The notes under the pieces: model-generated
The model's database searches: none
What the model was told of the DNA's origin: nothing
Seen by the model: only the letters and a program-made list of their open reading frames with translations
Part shown: piece after piece, positions 22,329-35,700 of the stretch
How positions within the stretch are numbered: the stretch's first letter is position 1
Layout of the letters: each line of letters starts with the position of its first letter
NCBI RefSeq assembly: GCF_006345805.1
Contig: NC_043000.1
Location: forward strand, 127,906,001-127,970,000
Direction: 5' to 3'
Length of the DNA: 64,000 nucleotides
Origin: Octopus sinensis
Taxonomy: Eukaryota
Position numbers and translations under genes: made by a program

Positions 22329-23729
22329 CTAGAAATGTAAGGAAAAGAAAATCAAATGAAAGTTATTCAAAATTACATTTTCAATAAGTTGAAATGTAAC
22401 AACTTTTCAGAGTCATATTCCATTAGAAGAAACAAGAAAATTATATTGATTACTCTCATTATTACAACTCAAGTACATTCCTAGCACTTACTTCAAACTT
22501 ATTGCATAAGAGTCACAACTAAATATTGTAAGAAATTTACTCCACCATTTTCAGATTTATACAAAACCACTGAATTAAAATGATACAAAACCTAATAGCA
22601 AAGTGTAAATCTAGTACTGAACTAAATGATTGTACTAGAATATATACATAACTTTTACAAGAAAAAGATTGACAGATGAAACTTCTTAGACTGTCTGAAA
22701 AACTTCAAAGTTACTGTCAGTCTTTTTCTTGGAAAAGTAAATGAACATATACGCTATGAAAAAAGTATTAAGTAATCCTTCAGTTGAATGTTATATTGCT
22801 TTTATATTTAACTTAACATAAAAACTAACATTAATATACACATGTATGTGTGTTAGTATGTCTGAACAAAATATTATAAGCTGGAAGTAATTCCTGGTAC
22901 TTAAAGCCAGGACATGCAATTTTAAAAATCAAAGCCATTGTGTAAGGGACATATGGCATGTATGCACCCTCTTCTAGCTGTGTCTCTTAATTATGCAATA
23001 ATTTATATTAAAATCTAACTTGTTATTTGCATTCATTTACATATCTTAGGCACGCAAAATATTACATATCCAAAAACATGAAGGAATGCTGCACTTATTG
23101 GCGTTGGTGTTAATACAGTTATTTTCTCCATCTATCGATATGATACTTTGTACATTTTCCATGTTGACAAAAAATTAGAAAGATTTGCAATACCGATATT
23201 CTTCAGCTTCCCTTAACTTCAAATTTCTTCTGCTAAGCTGAACTCTTAAATCAGTTAAATAACTAATAGCTTATTACAGTCATACACCATTCATTTTCTT
23301 TATTATATGTTTACCATTCAGTCTTTTCTTTTGCAAGGAAAAATAAAAGCCAAATTAACCAGCTGCCTGAAACTACCATATGTAACATAATCTGAATTAT
23401 CTTACTTTTTACATCAATACTAGCCAGTTTTAATTATCTATACATGTACATTAATCATTACCAACTAATTGTCAAAATAAGCCATATCTAAATTATAATA
23501 AAACAAAAAAGATAAATCCTTGATTTCTAAAAAGTTATAACTTCAATAAACACAAAGAATTTGACTGGATGTAGAGAAACTGAAAAGAAATAAACATCTA
23601 TTCTCAGAGTATATGCCACTAGCTGTGTTCTAACTGCAGTCAATTGCTAATTAACTTTAATAAAAATGTTTATATGCCATAAGTTAAAAGGATGAAGATA
23701 ACCATTAAAAGGTATGAATAAATAGCTAC

Positions 23730-23811
23730 CTTGATTTGTTCCAGAAGTGCAGTGGCAATATTGGTGTGCATGTCAATGAGGCGTTTCTTCTCTAAAAGTT
23801 CTGGTAGAGAA
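23730..23811 (-). CDS. SCFD1: SCFD1 exon 13, (S)SLPELLEKKRLIDMHTNIATALLEQIK
   Basis: Acceptor tttacag, donor gtagct; 82 nt; LPELLEKKRLIDxHTN motif. Confidence 0.97.
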
Positions 23812-24143
23812 CTGTAAATACGAAATAATATATTGCAATTTAGATATGCATTGTAAAAAAAATAGCAATCATAAGCACACAGTACATGGCATTTTATAAA
23901 TTTTACTATGTATTTTCCTTATGTAGACATTTAAATAAATTGAAAGAAAAAAATTTTTAATCAACATCCTCAATGCAAAATTGATTGTTTTCTGAAGTGG
24001 AAATAGAAAAAAAATTAAGATAAATTAAGTATAGAACAAGGAATGATACTCTAAGAGTTGGTTGCATTACAGAAGGATATACATAAAGTATTCATGAGAA
24101 AATGGTGAGAGATATTACAAAGGATCAAATAAAAGTATTTCAC

Positions 24144-24217
24144 CTGACAGCAGAAGTCAGTTTTGCAGTGTTATCTGATAGCATACTAATGGCTGAATCA
24201 TCTTCTCTCTCCAAACC
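24144..24217 (-). CDS. SCFD1: SCFD1 exon 12, GLEREDDSAISMLSDNTAKLTSAV
   Basis: Acceptor ttttcag, donor gtgaaa; 74 nt; SDNTAKLTSAVS motif. Confidence 0.96.
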
Positions 24218-24904
24218 CTGAAAAATATGAAAGTAAACAGAAAAAAATGCAAATTTAAAATAGAAAAAAAATTTGTTTCTTAACATCCAACATTCTTTCT
24301 CTGCAATAATACAAAGTGTCCATTGATGAGTTCAAGAAGAGTAACATCTAGAATCCTAAGAATCTGATAAGAGACTGTGTCAAGAACTATTTAGTTCATT
24401 AGAAGAGTAAGTCCTCATGGCAATAAAAATTACTAATCTCTATTGTGAACTCCTAATGTCGGGTAGAAAAAGAAAATTAACAGCCAAAATCCAAATACAC
24501 TGTAACTAGCTTCACTTACTTTTCACATAAGATTTTCTTTAAATGAAATGAAGATGAAAAAATTTTAACCTTTTAGCTGCAGGTAAGAAGTTTGCTTCCC
24601 AAACACATGGTACCTCGGGTAAGTGCCTTCTATTATAGCCACAGGCCAACCAAAGCCTTGCAAGAGGAATTGGTACAGAAATTGAAAGAAACCTATCATC
24701 TATGTGTTCTCCACCACTGTTCAACAACAAATATTGGTGTGTTTACATCTCCATAACTTAGCAGTTTGATAAAAGAGACTGATAGAATAAGTACCGCACT
24801 TAAGAAAATAAGTACTGGGGTTGATTCGTTTTACTAAAATTCTTCAAGGCAGTGCCCCAGCATGGCCAGTCTAATAACAAACATGTAAAAGATAAAAGAC
24901 GAGT

Positions 24905-25112
24905 ACAGTAATCCCTTGCCGTATCGCGATTTATTATTTAAACTTACATCAATTCCTCCGAGGTGTTGTTTTGCATTTGTAATAAAATAAACATATACAA
25001 ATTATAAAAATAAAATATATATATATATACAGTACTGTTTCTACTTCATGGATTTTCACCTATGATGGGGTGTTTTGGAACATAACACCCACAATAGTCA
25101 AAGGATTGCTGC
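24905..25112. mobile_element. Tc1/mariner (pogo/Tigger-like) MITE; a longer relative at ~6063-6975 is interrupted by a SINE
   Basis: Ends ta-cagtaatccctt ... aaggattgctg (imperfect TIR); internal cagtactgtttctacttc.tggattttcaccta shared with 6905-6940. Confidence 0.55.
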
Positions 25113-25962
25113 ATTTACAAAGGCTGTATCAATCCTTTTACAGAGTCTCTTAATATTCTTCAAAAATGTAATAAGAAATAAAATGGATCCATTCAACATT
25201 CATCTTCATTTTAATATCCACTTCTCCATCTTTGCAAGGGTCAAACGGAATTTATTGAGGCAGATTTTCTACAGCTGGATGCCTTTCCTGTTGCTGACAT
25301 TCACCAGTTTCCAATCTAAGTAATTTTTTTCCTGTAACAGAACTTGATTTCACAGAAGATAGGAAACCAATGGCAGTGATGCTCATTTACAACTATTGCA
25401 CAATGTCATAACAAAAAGACACAAACACACACATACAGAGGCTTTTTTCAGTTTCTGTCAACCAAATCCACTCACAAGGCTTTGATCAGCATGAAGCTAT
25501 AGAAGACACCAAAGGTGCCACACAGAGAGACTGAACCCAAAACCATGAGATTGACAAAACAAACTTCTCAACCACACGGCCACTACATATTGTAACAAAA
25601 TGTTGACTGGCATTAGGAAGGGCATCTAGCTATAAAAACCGTCTAACCCATGCCAGTATGGAAAGTAAATGTTAGATGATGATGATGATGATAGAAGACA
25701 ATTACAGAACGTCTATAAGGTTATTTGATCTGCTAGAAATAGCAGCCAAATGTCTACCAGCTTAAAAAAAAGTAAGATACACTAAATGATATAAACCCAG
25801 GTACACTAGGCCTGAATAAAAAGATAAAATGCTCATTAGTAATGACTGGAATTTCTTGATTCGAAGTCTGTTCAATCTGGATTGATATGGGGGTTACACA
25901 AAACAGTACCAATACATTCCATGACACTATATTGCATATTTCAACAACAAAGAAATAATTAC

Positions 25963-26053
25963 CATAGCAGCTTTCAATTTTTTCACTTCATCTTCTTCTG
26001 CCCTATAAGAGTCTAATTCTTCCTGAATAGCTTCAGCAACTGTAGGAAATGGG
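25963..26053 (-). CDS. SCFD1: SCFD1 exon 11, (S)PFPTVAEAIQEELDSYRAEEDEVKKLKAAM
   Basis: Acceptor ttttttcag, donor gtaatt; 91 nt; SPFPxVAE motif. Confidence 0.96.
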
Positions 26054-26473
26054 CTGAAAAAAAAATGGGTTCAAATTATGCAAAAATAAACATTTTTAAC
26101 TATAAGCTGAAAAATCATTATTATGCATCCTGGAGCCTGGTGCAGCCTCCTGGCTTGCCAACCCCCAGTCAAACTGTCCAACCAATGCCAGCATGGAAAA
26201 CGGACAGATGATGATGATGATGATATTATGGTAATAAGCTAGCAGAATTGTTAAAACATTGGACAAAATGCTTAGCAGCAATTTTTCCAGCTCTTTAGGT
26301 TCCAATTTCAAATCTGTAGAGATAAATTTTGCCTTTTACCCTTTTGGTTCAATAAAATAAAGTACCAGTGAAGTACTGGGACCCATGTAATCAACACCCT
26401 CTCCTAAAATTGCTGGCCTTGTGCCAAATTTAGAAAGAATCATTATTATTATTATAATGATTATTATTATTAT

Positions 26474-27516
26474 TCAGTAGTTTTATTTTTATATAGTGCT
26501 TTCACTTCACTACCGAGCACAGCTCTGTGTGCCTTGGGTATGTGCTGTGGATTGTTTTGATGCTCTTATGGTTACTGTATTGAAAGTGTTTTGCATAGGA
26601 TGTGTGCAGTGCCTAGTAGCGCAATTTTCTGTGTGATATATATATTTGTAAGTCCTGGTGCTTTTGTTATGTATTTGTCTGAATATCTTTTTTTATCATA
26701 CCCAATATGCCTACTATGATAGGTGTCTTGCAAACAACTTGCACATGCAAGTGCTACCAGTTAAAAGCTCCGTATACCGGAAGCTAGTAAGTGTATGGGG
26801 TCATCAGGAGAGAATGCGCGCCGTTTCGGGGCCTACCTCTCGATGGCATCAATGCGCACCGACCCCCCCACCTCACTGATATGAGGCCCCTCTTGCTAGA
26901 TCAGCTGGTTATGAAGAACTCAATATACTTCTAGCCATCGCTCATCGTCTCTTTTTAACCAAATCCAGTGGCTAGCCTTCTCCACTGTAGATTGGATATC
27001 AGTCATGGTGGTATTGACTTTATGATGAGTTAGGTCTAGCGATAACAACAGTCGTCTCACGCTGTGTCCAACAAACCCTCTACATCCGACTTCGATAGGA
27101 AAATGTTCTGCTTTCCAGCCTGCGTCTTCACATTCCTCGAGGAGGTTTTCATAACGGTTCAATTTTCGAGCCCGAGCGGCGTCCATATTATCTTCATGAG
27201 GAACCGTTAGCTCGACTATATTTACAACTTTCTTTCTTTCTGTTTTTAGATTCCACATTCGAGTTACCTCTATTTCCTGGTCTTTGTATTTTGAAAGTTT
27301 CTCCATTTCTTTTAGAGAAACGTTGTCATCTGCTGGTATTGATACATCAATTAGAAAGCATATTTTTTCTTCATGATCTCTGACAACTATATCTGGCCTA
27401 TTGGCCTTAATTTCTCTATCTGTGTGTATTGGCATATCCCAGAGTATGGTTGCTTTCTCGTTTTCTGTGACCTTTTCTGGCATGTGCCTATACTATCTTT
27501 TTTCTGTTGTTATTCC
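26474..27516 (-). mobile_element. 5'-truncated R4/Dong-like non-LTR retrotransposon (restriction-like endonuclease C-terminus) in an (ATT)n tract, interrupted by a second element
   Basis: ILWDMPIHTDREIKANRPDIVV...LIDVSIP...KE.EK..KY...MWNLKT, resuming after 26723 as PIIVGILG...KIALLGTAHIL; (ATT)n on both flanks. Confidence 0.75.
26724..27237 (-). mobile_element. 3' fragment of a HERO/NeSL-like RLE retrotransposon nested in the Dong-like element
   Basis: IVELTVPHEDN...ARKLNRYENLLEEC...GWKAEHFPIEVGCRGFVG...EKASHWIWLKR.D..W, followed by a GC/CpG-rich 3'UTR. Confidence 0.7.
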
Positions 27517-27539
27517 ATAATTATTATTATTATTAAACA

Positions 27540-28310
27540 TAGCAAATTTGATGAAGAATATAACAAGGTGCCAACTGTCTGCAACCTGTATACTAAGATA
27601 ACACTTACCCTCAGATTTTGAGAACTCTGCAGAAAATTCGTGCAGTTCAGGGTAACACAGTTTTCTGTAGATGTTCTATCTTCACATCTGATCACAAGAT
27701 CATGGTTTCCATTCCCGGACCATGCAGTACATTTTCTTTTTTTTTTAATAAAAAACAAACCTCATTTCATGATACTCCAATCCACTCAGGTGTAAATGAA
27801 TGACCCAGCAGTGGACTGGTATCCTGCTCTGAGGCAATGTTGTGATCTTGGTCACTTCTATGCCATGGAAACTGAGTAACCAATGCAACGAGTCCCAAAA
27901 CTTGAGACACTGTTGTCCAGAGGTTGATGGTGATAATGAAAAATGTTGCAGTTGACCAATTTATGTCTTGCAAGTTTGAGATTGGTCCATGACAGATAAG
28001 GGAGAAGGTAAGATGGGTCATGTGAATGAGAGGTAGAGAATTTTTTAAGGGTTTGGTGTTAGTAGTAGTAATACTAGTGACAGTGATGTTGGTAGAGGAA
28101 CAGATAGTTTTGAGTTGGTCAGCAGTTCAATAAATTTGTCTTTGATATTGTATTCCAATTTGGGGTTGAAGCTAAAAAGTTCAGGTTCTGTGTAGGAGAG
28201 GAATCTGGTTTGATCTGTGACAAATGCTTGAATGTTAGTGACGGGATGTGTGTTGGTGTTGGTAGGCATAATAGTAATCTCAGTGGAAGCATTGTGCCAA
28301 TTATCACAAA
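27540..28310 (-). mobile_element. Old LINE fragment (CR1/L2-like)
   Basis: Decayed coding-like minus-strand frames (track ORFs 27767-28307); no splice signals or relation to SCFD1. Confidence 0.35.
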
Positions 28311-28394
28311 CTTTAAAGAAACTACAATAATTTAAAGTGACTTAAATACCATTTAAGCATTTAGAGAAGCTAATAATATCAAAAAGGTATTTAC

Positions 28395-28531
28395 CTTCCC
28401 TTATGTGTTTGCCAAAACTTATCAGAAAAACTGAAGGCATAGCTTTTCTTCTTTTTCTTTGGACGTGAAGTGCCACTTGGAGACATCACTTCTGTACATT
28501 CTTCAATTTCAACTTTGTTTAACTTCAAATC
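28395..28531 (-). CDS. SCFD1: SCFD1 exon 10, DLKLNKVEIEECTEVMSPSGTSRPKKKKKSYAFSFSDKFWQTHKG
   Basis: Acceptor ttggtag, donor gtaaat; 137 nt; DKFWxxHKG motif. Confidence 0.95.
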
Positions 28532-28803
28532 CTACCAAAACAAAGAATAATAATAATGTAGAAAGCAGAGTATTTATTTTTTATTTGTTTCAAAGTTATT
28601 TCATTCCATATTTCTTTTTCATAAATATTGCTAAACTTATGTCTCATAAAATTTTTTTTTTTTTAATTTAAAAAAACTTAAGGACTATACAGAAGTTCAA
28701 ACTTAATTTTATTTCTGCCACAGCCTGGAACATTTTGTTTAAGTTCTTAAAATTCATTTCAACTCTCAATATCACCCCCAGAAAGAGAGAAGACAAATCT
28801 TAC

Positions 28804-28903
28804 CAAAACATCATGTGAAAGAGCTTGGTAGGTCCATGTGTGATGAAGTAAGGAAACTAAATCCAGGCTTCTATCAAGAATGACTAAAAGAGGTCTTTGG
28901 AAA
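28804..28903 (-). CDS. SCFD1: SCFD1 exon 9, (S)[33 protein letters not shown]
   Basis: Acceptor tatttag, donor gtaaga; 100 nt; hallmark SM-family motif RPLLxxLDR..D....HxWTYQAL. Confidence 0.97.
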
Positions 28904-30166
28904 CTAAATAAAAAGAAAATACAAATTAATGACATGTAAAACCAATTAAACAAGAAATAACGTTATACAAAGGATTCAGAGATAGGCAAGAAAGGACTTA
29001 CATTTTATATCCAATATTTCCATATTTACACAGGTAAGAATGGGCTTTGTTTTGTTGGAGCAACTTTGTTTTTCACCCAACACATATTGTAAAGTGATTG
29101 GCATTAAGAAGGGCACCCAGTTGTGGAGACCAAGCCAAATCAGACTGGAACCTGGCCCTGGACAATAGCCCTCATGCTGGTGGCACGTAAAAGCACCTAC
29201 TACACTCTTGGAGTGGTTGGCATAGGAAGGGCATCCAGCAGTAGAAACACTGCCAGATCAGATTGGAGCCTGGTGCAGCCATCTGGTTGGCCAGTCCTCA
29301 ATCAAATCATCAACCCATGCTAGCATGGAAAGTGAACATTAAACGATGATGATGATGATGAATAAAATTATATAGTTACATGCTATATATAATGATCATT
29401 TTAAAACCTACTTTTCATGTATGTATAGGTTGAATGGGTCATCACAGTCCACATTTCTTATTCTGCCCCGTTTGAAAAGTTAAAAGAGCTCATCTCACTC
29501 GTTTCATTTTTGGCATGAATTCTACAATGGATGCTCTTTCTAACACCTACAACACTGTGTACAGGGTACATTTAGCCAAGAGCCCCAACACCAGAGATGT
29601 CAAGTCCCCAAATAGATTGAATGATCCTCTCAACACTACAGTGTTTCCACTTATTCTCTAATCACTTTATCAAGTGTGTCAGGTACATTTTATCATGGCA
29701 CCGGCAGCACAGAGTTTACTTATACCCTGCAAGACAAAAGAGTCCTCAGTACTCTATGGCATCTCCATTTATCCAAGGTAATTTGGCCAATAATGTGAAT
29801 AGAAAGGAGAGCAATAACAACTGAAGCAGGGTAAAAGAGTGAAGATAAAGAGGGAGTACGATGGGAGAAAGAGAAATTACAATAAAAGCGAGTAAGGGAG
29901 CAAATGGTGGTAAGGGCTACAAATTCAAACATGCTTCTGTGGCCTTAGTGCCTATCAATTTTTTTTTATTCATTCTATAACTATCTATTTCCAAATATGT
30001 GTTCATCTAAAAAACACAACACAATTTAGTGACAAATAATGCCTGTGATGTGATTTGAATTTTTTCCCTTAAAATTAATCAGCCAATAAATTTCTATGTT
30101 GTAAATAATTTTGGTAAGTTGAGTATATTATCATATAGTTTTAACTGATGAAAGTTTCAAACCTAC

Positions 30167-30308
30167 CTGAACTGGCCAGTTTGTATATTGTCTGTGGTAA
30201 AAAGGCTATTTCGAGCATCCCTTATATTGTCACGTAGTTTCTTATCTAATTTCTCGGCAACCATTTCTGCAGCATTGCCTCGAGGGGATCGAATAATAGG
30301 AGCAACTC
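30167..30308 (-). CDS. SCFD1: SCFD1 exon 8, (G)VAPIIRSPRGNAAEMVAEKLDKKLRDNIRDARNSLFTTDNIQTGQF
   Basis: Inside track ORF 30163..30582; acceptor tctccag, donor gtaggt; 142 nt. Confidence 0.97.
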
Positions 30309-30614
30309 CTGGAGAATCAAAAACCATTTTTAATGCCAGAGGAAAATATATCAATGTACTACAAACATATATTGTGAAATAATATGGGAAAGTGAAAGAT
30401 GAGAAAAGCCGAAAAGAGTTTAGATTGAATGAGATTATTTTGCAATCAAATTCAGAAAAGCAAAGACTTGTAATAACAGGACAGACATTAAGAAGACAAC
30501 TCAACAATGGGTCAATGTTTGAGTATTGGCAATTGAAAGGTTGCCTGTCAAAGAGTATCCCACTACTCCTGCAAGACTGCATTCATTGAAACTTTTTTTT
30601 TAACATTCTTTTTT

Positions 30615-31615
30615 TATAGGTTAGTCAGAAGTGAAGGGGTAGTGGCCCTTTTCTAGTTTTACTAAGCATAAGATGTTAATGTAGTTTGGAAGTGTTTAAT
30701 GTTTGGAAAGTGAGACACATAAGAAGTGGCTGGAAGATGGAAGATGAATGAGTTAAGTAGACTTAGAGGGAGGAATTTTGAAACTAGTTTGTTCAGATGG
30801 AACAGGAAGAGAAAGAAACAGCACATCTATAGGATATTGGGGTGTGAACCTTTGCTAGTTTAACAGAAGGCCTTCTTTCGGATGTGGTCAAGGATGTTAG
30901 TGTCACTAATAGTTATGTTCCATACATGTAAACAGTATGACAATGTGGGTCTTACTGAGCTTTGTAGAGCCAACAACTAATCAGAGCTACAAGCCCAGAA
31001 GAAAGCCTAGTTTTTGTGATGCCATTTTGGTGATGATATGAAGTATTCAAGTTGGGTATGGAGAAAAACCAGTGTCTTGAAGGGGTGAACAGTGGTTTCA
31101 TCTTCATAGGAATTTGTGCTGTAAGAAATGACAGGAAGTAGATTGTAAATATAGAAAAGTAAGGAGACATAACTAAATGTTTCACACTAGATTTGATAGT
31201 CATTAAATCTAGTGTATCAGCACATGGTGAAGCCTGTCAGGAAGTTTCCAATCAATGAGATGGGATATGGTTGAAACTCTAAAGCAGAGCTTACTTAATA
31301 AGGTCTCATGCAGTGAAATGCAATGATATGGATCTCACTGATGTGAAGATCGTAGGTACTGCTTTTGTTGAGATTCTCAAGGGTAGAAGACCACAGGAGA
31401 GTGACATAGGAACATAGGACAGAATGTTTCAATACATCTGGCTCTAGAGCAGCTATACTGATAGTCAGTGAGGAAGGGTGAAAAATTAAAGTATTGGAGA
31501 AGGTTATTGTTAAAAACAGTTTCCATCACAATTGAGATGTTGAAAAGGAGAGAGAATTCAATAATTGGCAGAGTCAGAGAGGTTTCCTTTGTGGGGATAA
31601 AACACAAGGTATAAT
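30615..31615 (-). mobile_element. Old CR1/Zenon-like LINE 3' fragment
   Basis: Broken RT/C-terminal reading frames with an SLP.HVFPAT-like terminus; many stops. Confidence 0.45.
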
Positions 31616-31845
31616 ACACAGTAGTGTATTTGCAAAGAATGGTATAAATTCTTGTAGACAGATAAAGATTGAAGAGCTTGGTAAAGAAAAGAACTGGTAG
31701 AATTTATGTGGATGGCTTCCAGTCTGAACAAGTGCAATCAATATCTACAGAAAAAAATAACCAAGAGTCTCATCTGAATGATTCCAATAGAGTGGTCTCT
31801 ATTAAATGATGGTAAGAAGTTGCCAACATAGTGATTAGGACTTAC

Positions 31846-31935
31846 CTAAAGTAACAAAGACTGAAAATAAACTATCTGTAATGGTATCCATTATTGCATT
31901 CATTTCTGTATCCTTGACATCACCACGATTAATAG
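31846..31935 (-). CDS. SCFD1: SCFD1 exon 7, (A)INRGDVKDTEMNAIMDTITDSLFSVFVTL
   Basis: Acceptor tttttacag, donor gtaagt; 90 nt, phase 1-1. Confidence 0.96.
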
Positions 31936-32052
31936 CTGTAAAAAGGCAAAAATTACATAATAATAAAAGATCAAAAAACATTAAAAATTACATGGAAAAA
32001 TGCAAGCAAGAAAAATAATATTCTTAAGATTGTAAACCTGGAAAAGTAAAGG

Positions 32053-32736
32053 ACAAGTTATAACATCTGGTAAAGTACAGAACTAGAAAATTTTTACTTA
32101 AAATATTGCAGCTAAGGATAAAATTTGAATATTTAAAATTATTTGATTCTAATTTACAAAGTAACATTATAATTAAAAAAGGTAGCATCATTTTGTTAAA
32201 ATATTGACACACTAGGATACTTAAAAAATGAGAGCCAGAAGTACCAATATAGGTAAAGTTTTATGCAAAGTAGAATAGTATATATGGTAGGCAAATTCAT
32301 TATGTAAAATATAGACATTGACTCAAGACTAAAAATGTGAAGACTTGGCACTAACCTAAGCAATAATAACTTGAGCAAATTTTACTGTGAATTTGTTGTT
32401 ATAGGTAGATTTTACTGTAATATGTAACTAATTATTGTATTAATCTATTTATTGTACTAATTATGTACTACTATTGTTTTTTATAACCTATTTTCAAATT
32501 TCTAATTAATAATTTTAAAAAGGAATTTTTTAAAGTGCAAAAAATATTTTGAGTTTTTTTTTAATAGAAGTAACAAATAATAACAAATAGAAATAATAAC
32601 TTGTAATAAATTTTTTAGTCTTGATAAAAGCTAATATTTTCTAAATCTAAATATTTTATTTGAAATTTTATCCTTAGCTGCAATATTTTAAGTAAAAATT
32701 TTCTTGTTCTGTACTTCACCAGATGTAATAACTTGT
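32053..32736. repeat. 74-bp inverted repeat arms (32053-32126 and 32663-32736) around an AT-rich spacer; foldback/MITE-like
   Basis: Reverse complement of the left arm matches the right arm almost exactly; inner pair tcaagactaaaaa (~32323) / tttttagtcttga (~32612). Confidence 0.8.
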
Positions 32737-35700
32737 TCTGTACTTCACCAAGTGTAATAACTTGTTCTGTACTTCACCAGGTGTAATAACTTGTTCTGTA
32801 CTTCACCAGGTGTAATAACTTGTTCTGTACTTCACCAGGTGTAATAACTTGTTCTGTACTTCACCAGGTGTAATAACTTGTTCTGTACTTCACCAGGTGT
32901 AATAACTTGTTCTGTACTTCACCAGGTGTAATAACTTGTTCTGTACTTCACCAGGTGTAATAACTTGTTCTGTACTTCACCAGGTGTAATAACTTGTTCT
33001 GTACTTCACCAGGTGTAATAACTTGTTCTGTACTTCACCAGGTGTATAACTTGTTCTGTACTTCACCAGGTGTAATAACTTGTTCTGTACTTCACCAGTG
33101 TAATAACTTTTCTGTACTTCACCAGGGTAATAACTTGTTCTGTACTTCACCAGGTGTAATAACTTGTTCTGTACTTCGCCAGGTGTAATAACTTGTTCTG
33201 TACTTCGCCAGGTGTAATAACTTGTTCTGTACTTCGCCAGGTGTAATAACTTGTTCTGTACTTCGCAGTGTAATAACTTGTTCTGTACTTCGCCAGTGTA
33301 ATAACTTGTTCTGTACTTCGCCAGGTGTAAAACTTGTTCTGTACTTCGCCAGGTGTAATAACTTGTTCTGTACTTCGCCAGTGTAATAACTTGTTCTGTA
33401 CTTACCAGGTGTAATAACTTGTTCTGTACTTCGCCAGGTGTAATAACTTGTTCTGTACTTCGCCAGGTGTAATACTTGTTCTGTACTTCGCCAGGTGTAA
33501 TAACTTGTTCTGTACTTCGCCAGGTGTAATAACTTGTTCTGTACTTCGCCAGGTGTAATAACTTGTTCTGTACTTCGCCAGGTGTAATAACTTGTTCTGT
33601 ACTTCGCCAGGTGTAATAACTTGTTCTGTACTTCCCAGGTGTAATAACTTTTCTGTACTTCGCCAGTGTAATAACTTGTTCTGTACTTCGCCAGTGTAAT
33701 AACTTGTTCTGTACTTTGCCAGGTGTAATAACTTGTTCTGTACTTCGCCAGGTGTAATAACTTGTTCTGTACTTCGCCAGGTGTAATAACTTGTTCTGTA
33801 CTTCGCCAGTGTAATAACTTGTTCTGTACTTCGCCAGGTGTAATAACTTTTCTGTACTTCGCCAGGTGTAATAACTTGTTCTGTACTTCGCCAGGTGTAA
33901 TAACTTGTTCTGTACTTCGCCAGGTGTAATAACTTGTTCTGTACTTCGCCAGGTGTAATAACTTGTTCTGTACTTCGCCAGTGTAATACTTGTTCTGTAC
34001 TTCGCCAGGTGTAATAACTTGTTCTGTACTTCGCCAGTGTAATAACTTGTTCTGTACTTCGCCAGGTGTAATAACTTGTTCTGTACTTCGCCAGTGTAAT
34101 AACTTGTTCTGTACTTCGCCAGGTGTATAACTTGTTCTGTACTTCGCCAGGTGTAATAACTTGTCTGTACTTCGCCAGTGTAATAACTTGTTCTGTACTT
34201 TGCCAGGTGTAATAACTTGTTCTGTACTTCGCCAGTGTAATAACTTGTTCTGTACTTCGCCAGGTGTAATAACTTGTTCTGTACTTCGCCAGGTGTAATA
34301 CTTGTTCTGTACTTCGCCAGGTGTAATAACTTGTTCTGTACTTCGCCAGGTGTAATAACTTGTTCTGTACTTCGCCAGGTGTAATAACTTGTTCTGTACT
34401 TCGCCAGTGTAATAACTTGTTCTGTACTTCCAGGTGTAATAACTTGTTCTGTACTTCACCAGGTGTAATAACTGTTCTGTACTTCCAGGTGTAATAACTT
34501 GTTCTGTACTTCACCAGGTGTAATAACTTGTTCTGTACTTCACCAGGTGTAATAACTTGTTCTGTACTTCACCAGGTGTAATAACTTGTTCTGTACTTCA
34601 CCAGGTGTAATAACTTGTTCTGTACTTCACCAGGTGTAATAACTTGTTCTGTACTTCACCAGGTGTAATAACTTGTCTGTACTTCACCAGGTGTATAACT
34701 TGTTCTGTACTCACCAGGTGTAATAACTTGTTCTGTACTTCACCAGGTGTAATAACTTGTTCTGTACTTTACCAAGTGTAATAACTTGTTCTGTACTTTA
34801 CCAAGTGTAATAACTTGTTCTGTACTTTACCAAGTGTAATACTTGTTCTGTACTTTACCAAGTGTAATAACTTGTTCTGTACTTTACCAAGTGTAATAAC
34901 TTGTTCTGTACTTACCAAGTGTAATAACTTGTTCTGTACTTTACCAAGTGTAATAACTGTTCTGTACTTTACCAAGTGTATAACTTGTTCTGTACTTTAC
35001 CAAGTGTAATAACTTGTTCTGTACTTTACCAAGTGTAATAACTTGTTCTGTACTTTACCAAGTGTAATAACTTGTTCTGTACTTTACCAAGTGTAATAAC
35101 TTGTTCTGTACTTTACCAAGTGTAATAACTTGTTCTGTACTTTACCAAGTGTAATAACTTGTTCTGTACTTTACCAAGTGTAATAACTTGTTCTGTACTT
35201 TACCAAGTGTAATAACTTGTTCTGTACTTTACCAAGTGTAATAACTTGTTCTGTACTTACCAGGTTGTAATAACTTGTTCTGACTTTACCAGTGTGTAAT
35301 AACTTGTTCTGTACTTACCAGGTGTAATAACTTGTTCTGTACTTCACCAGGTTAATAACTTGTTCTGTACTTCACCAGGTGTAATAACTTGTTCTGTACT
35401 TCACCAGGTGTAATAACTTGTTCTGTACTTCACAAGGTGTAATAACTTGTTCTGTACTTCACCATGTAATAACTTGTTCTGTACTTCACCAGGTGTAATA
35501 ACTTGTTCTGTACTTCACCAGGTGTAATAACTTGTTCTGTACTTCACCAGGTGTAATAACTTGTTCTGTACTTCGCCAGGTGTAATAACTTGTTCTGTAC
35601 TTCGCCAGGTGTAATAACTTGTTCTGTACTTCGCCAGGTGTAATAACTTGTTCTGTACTTCGCCAGGTGTAATAACTTGTTCTGTACTTCGCCAGGTGTA

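Noticed and set aside
26760-26880. CCCCGAAAC...CUGAUGACCCC in the HERO-like 3'UTR as a type II hammerhead
   Set aside because: The helix II strands (CCCC/CCCC) cannot pair and helices I and III do not form; more likely a different 3'UTR structure.
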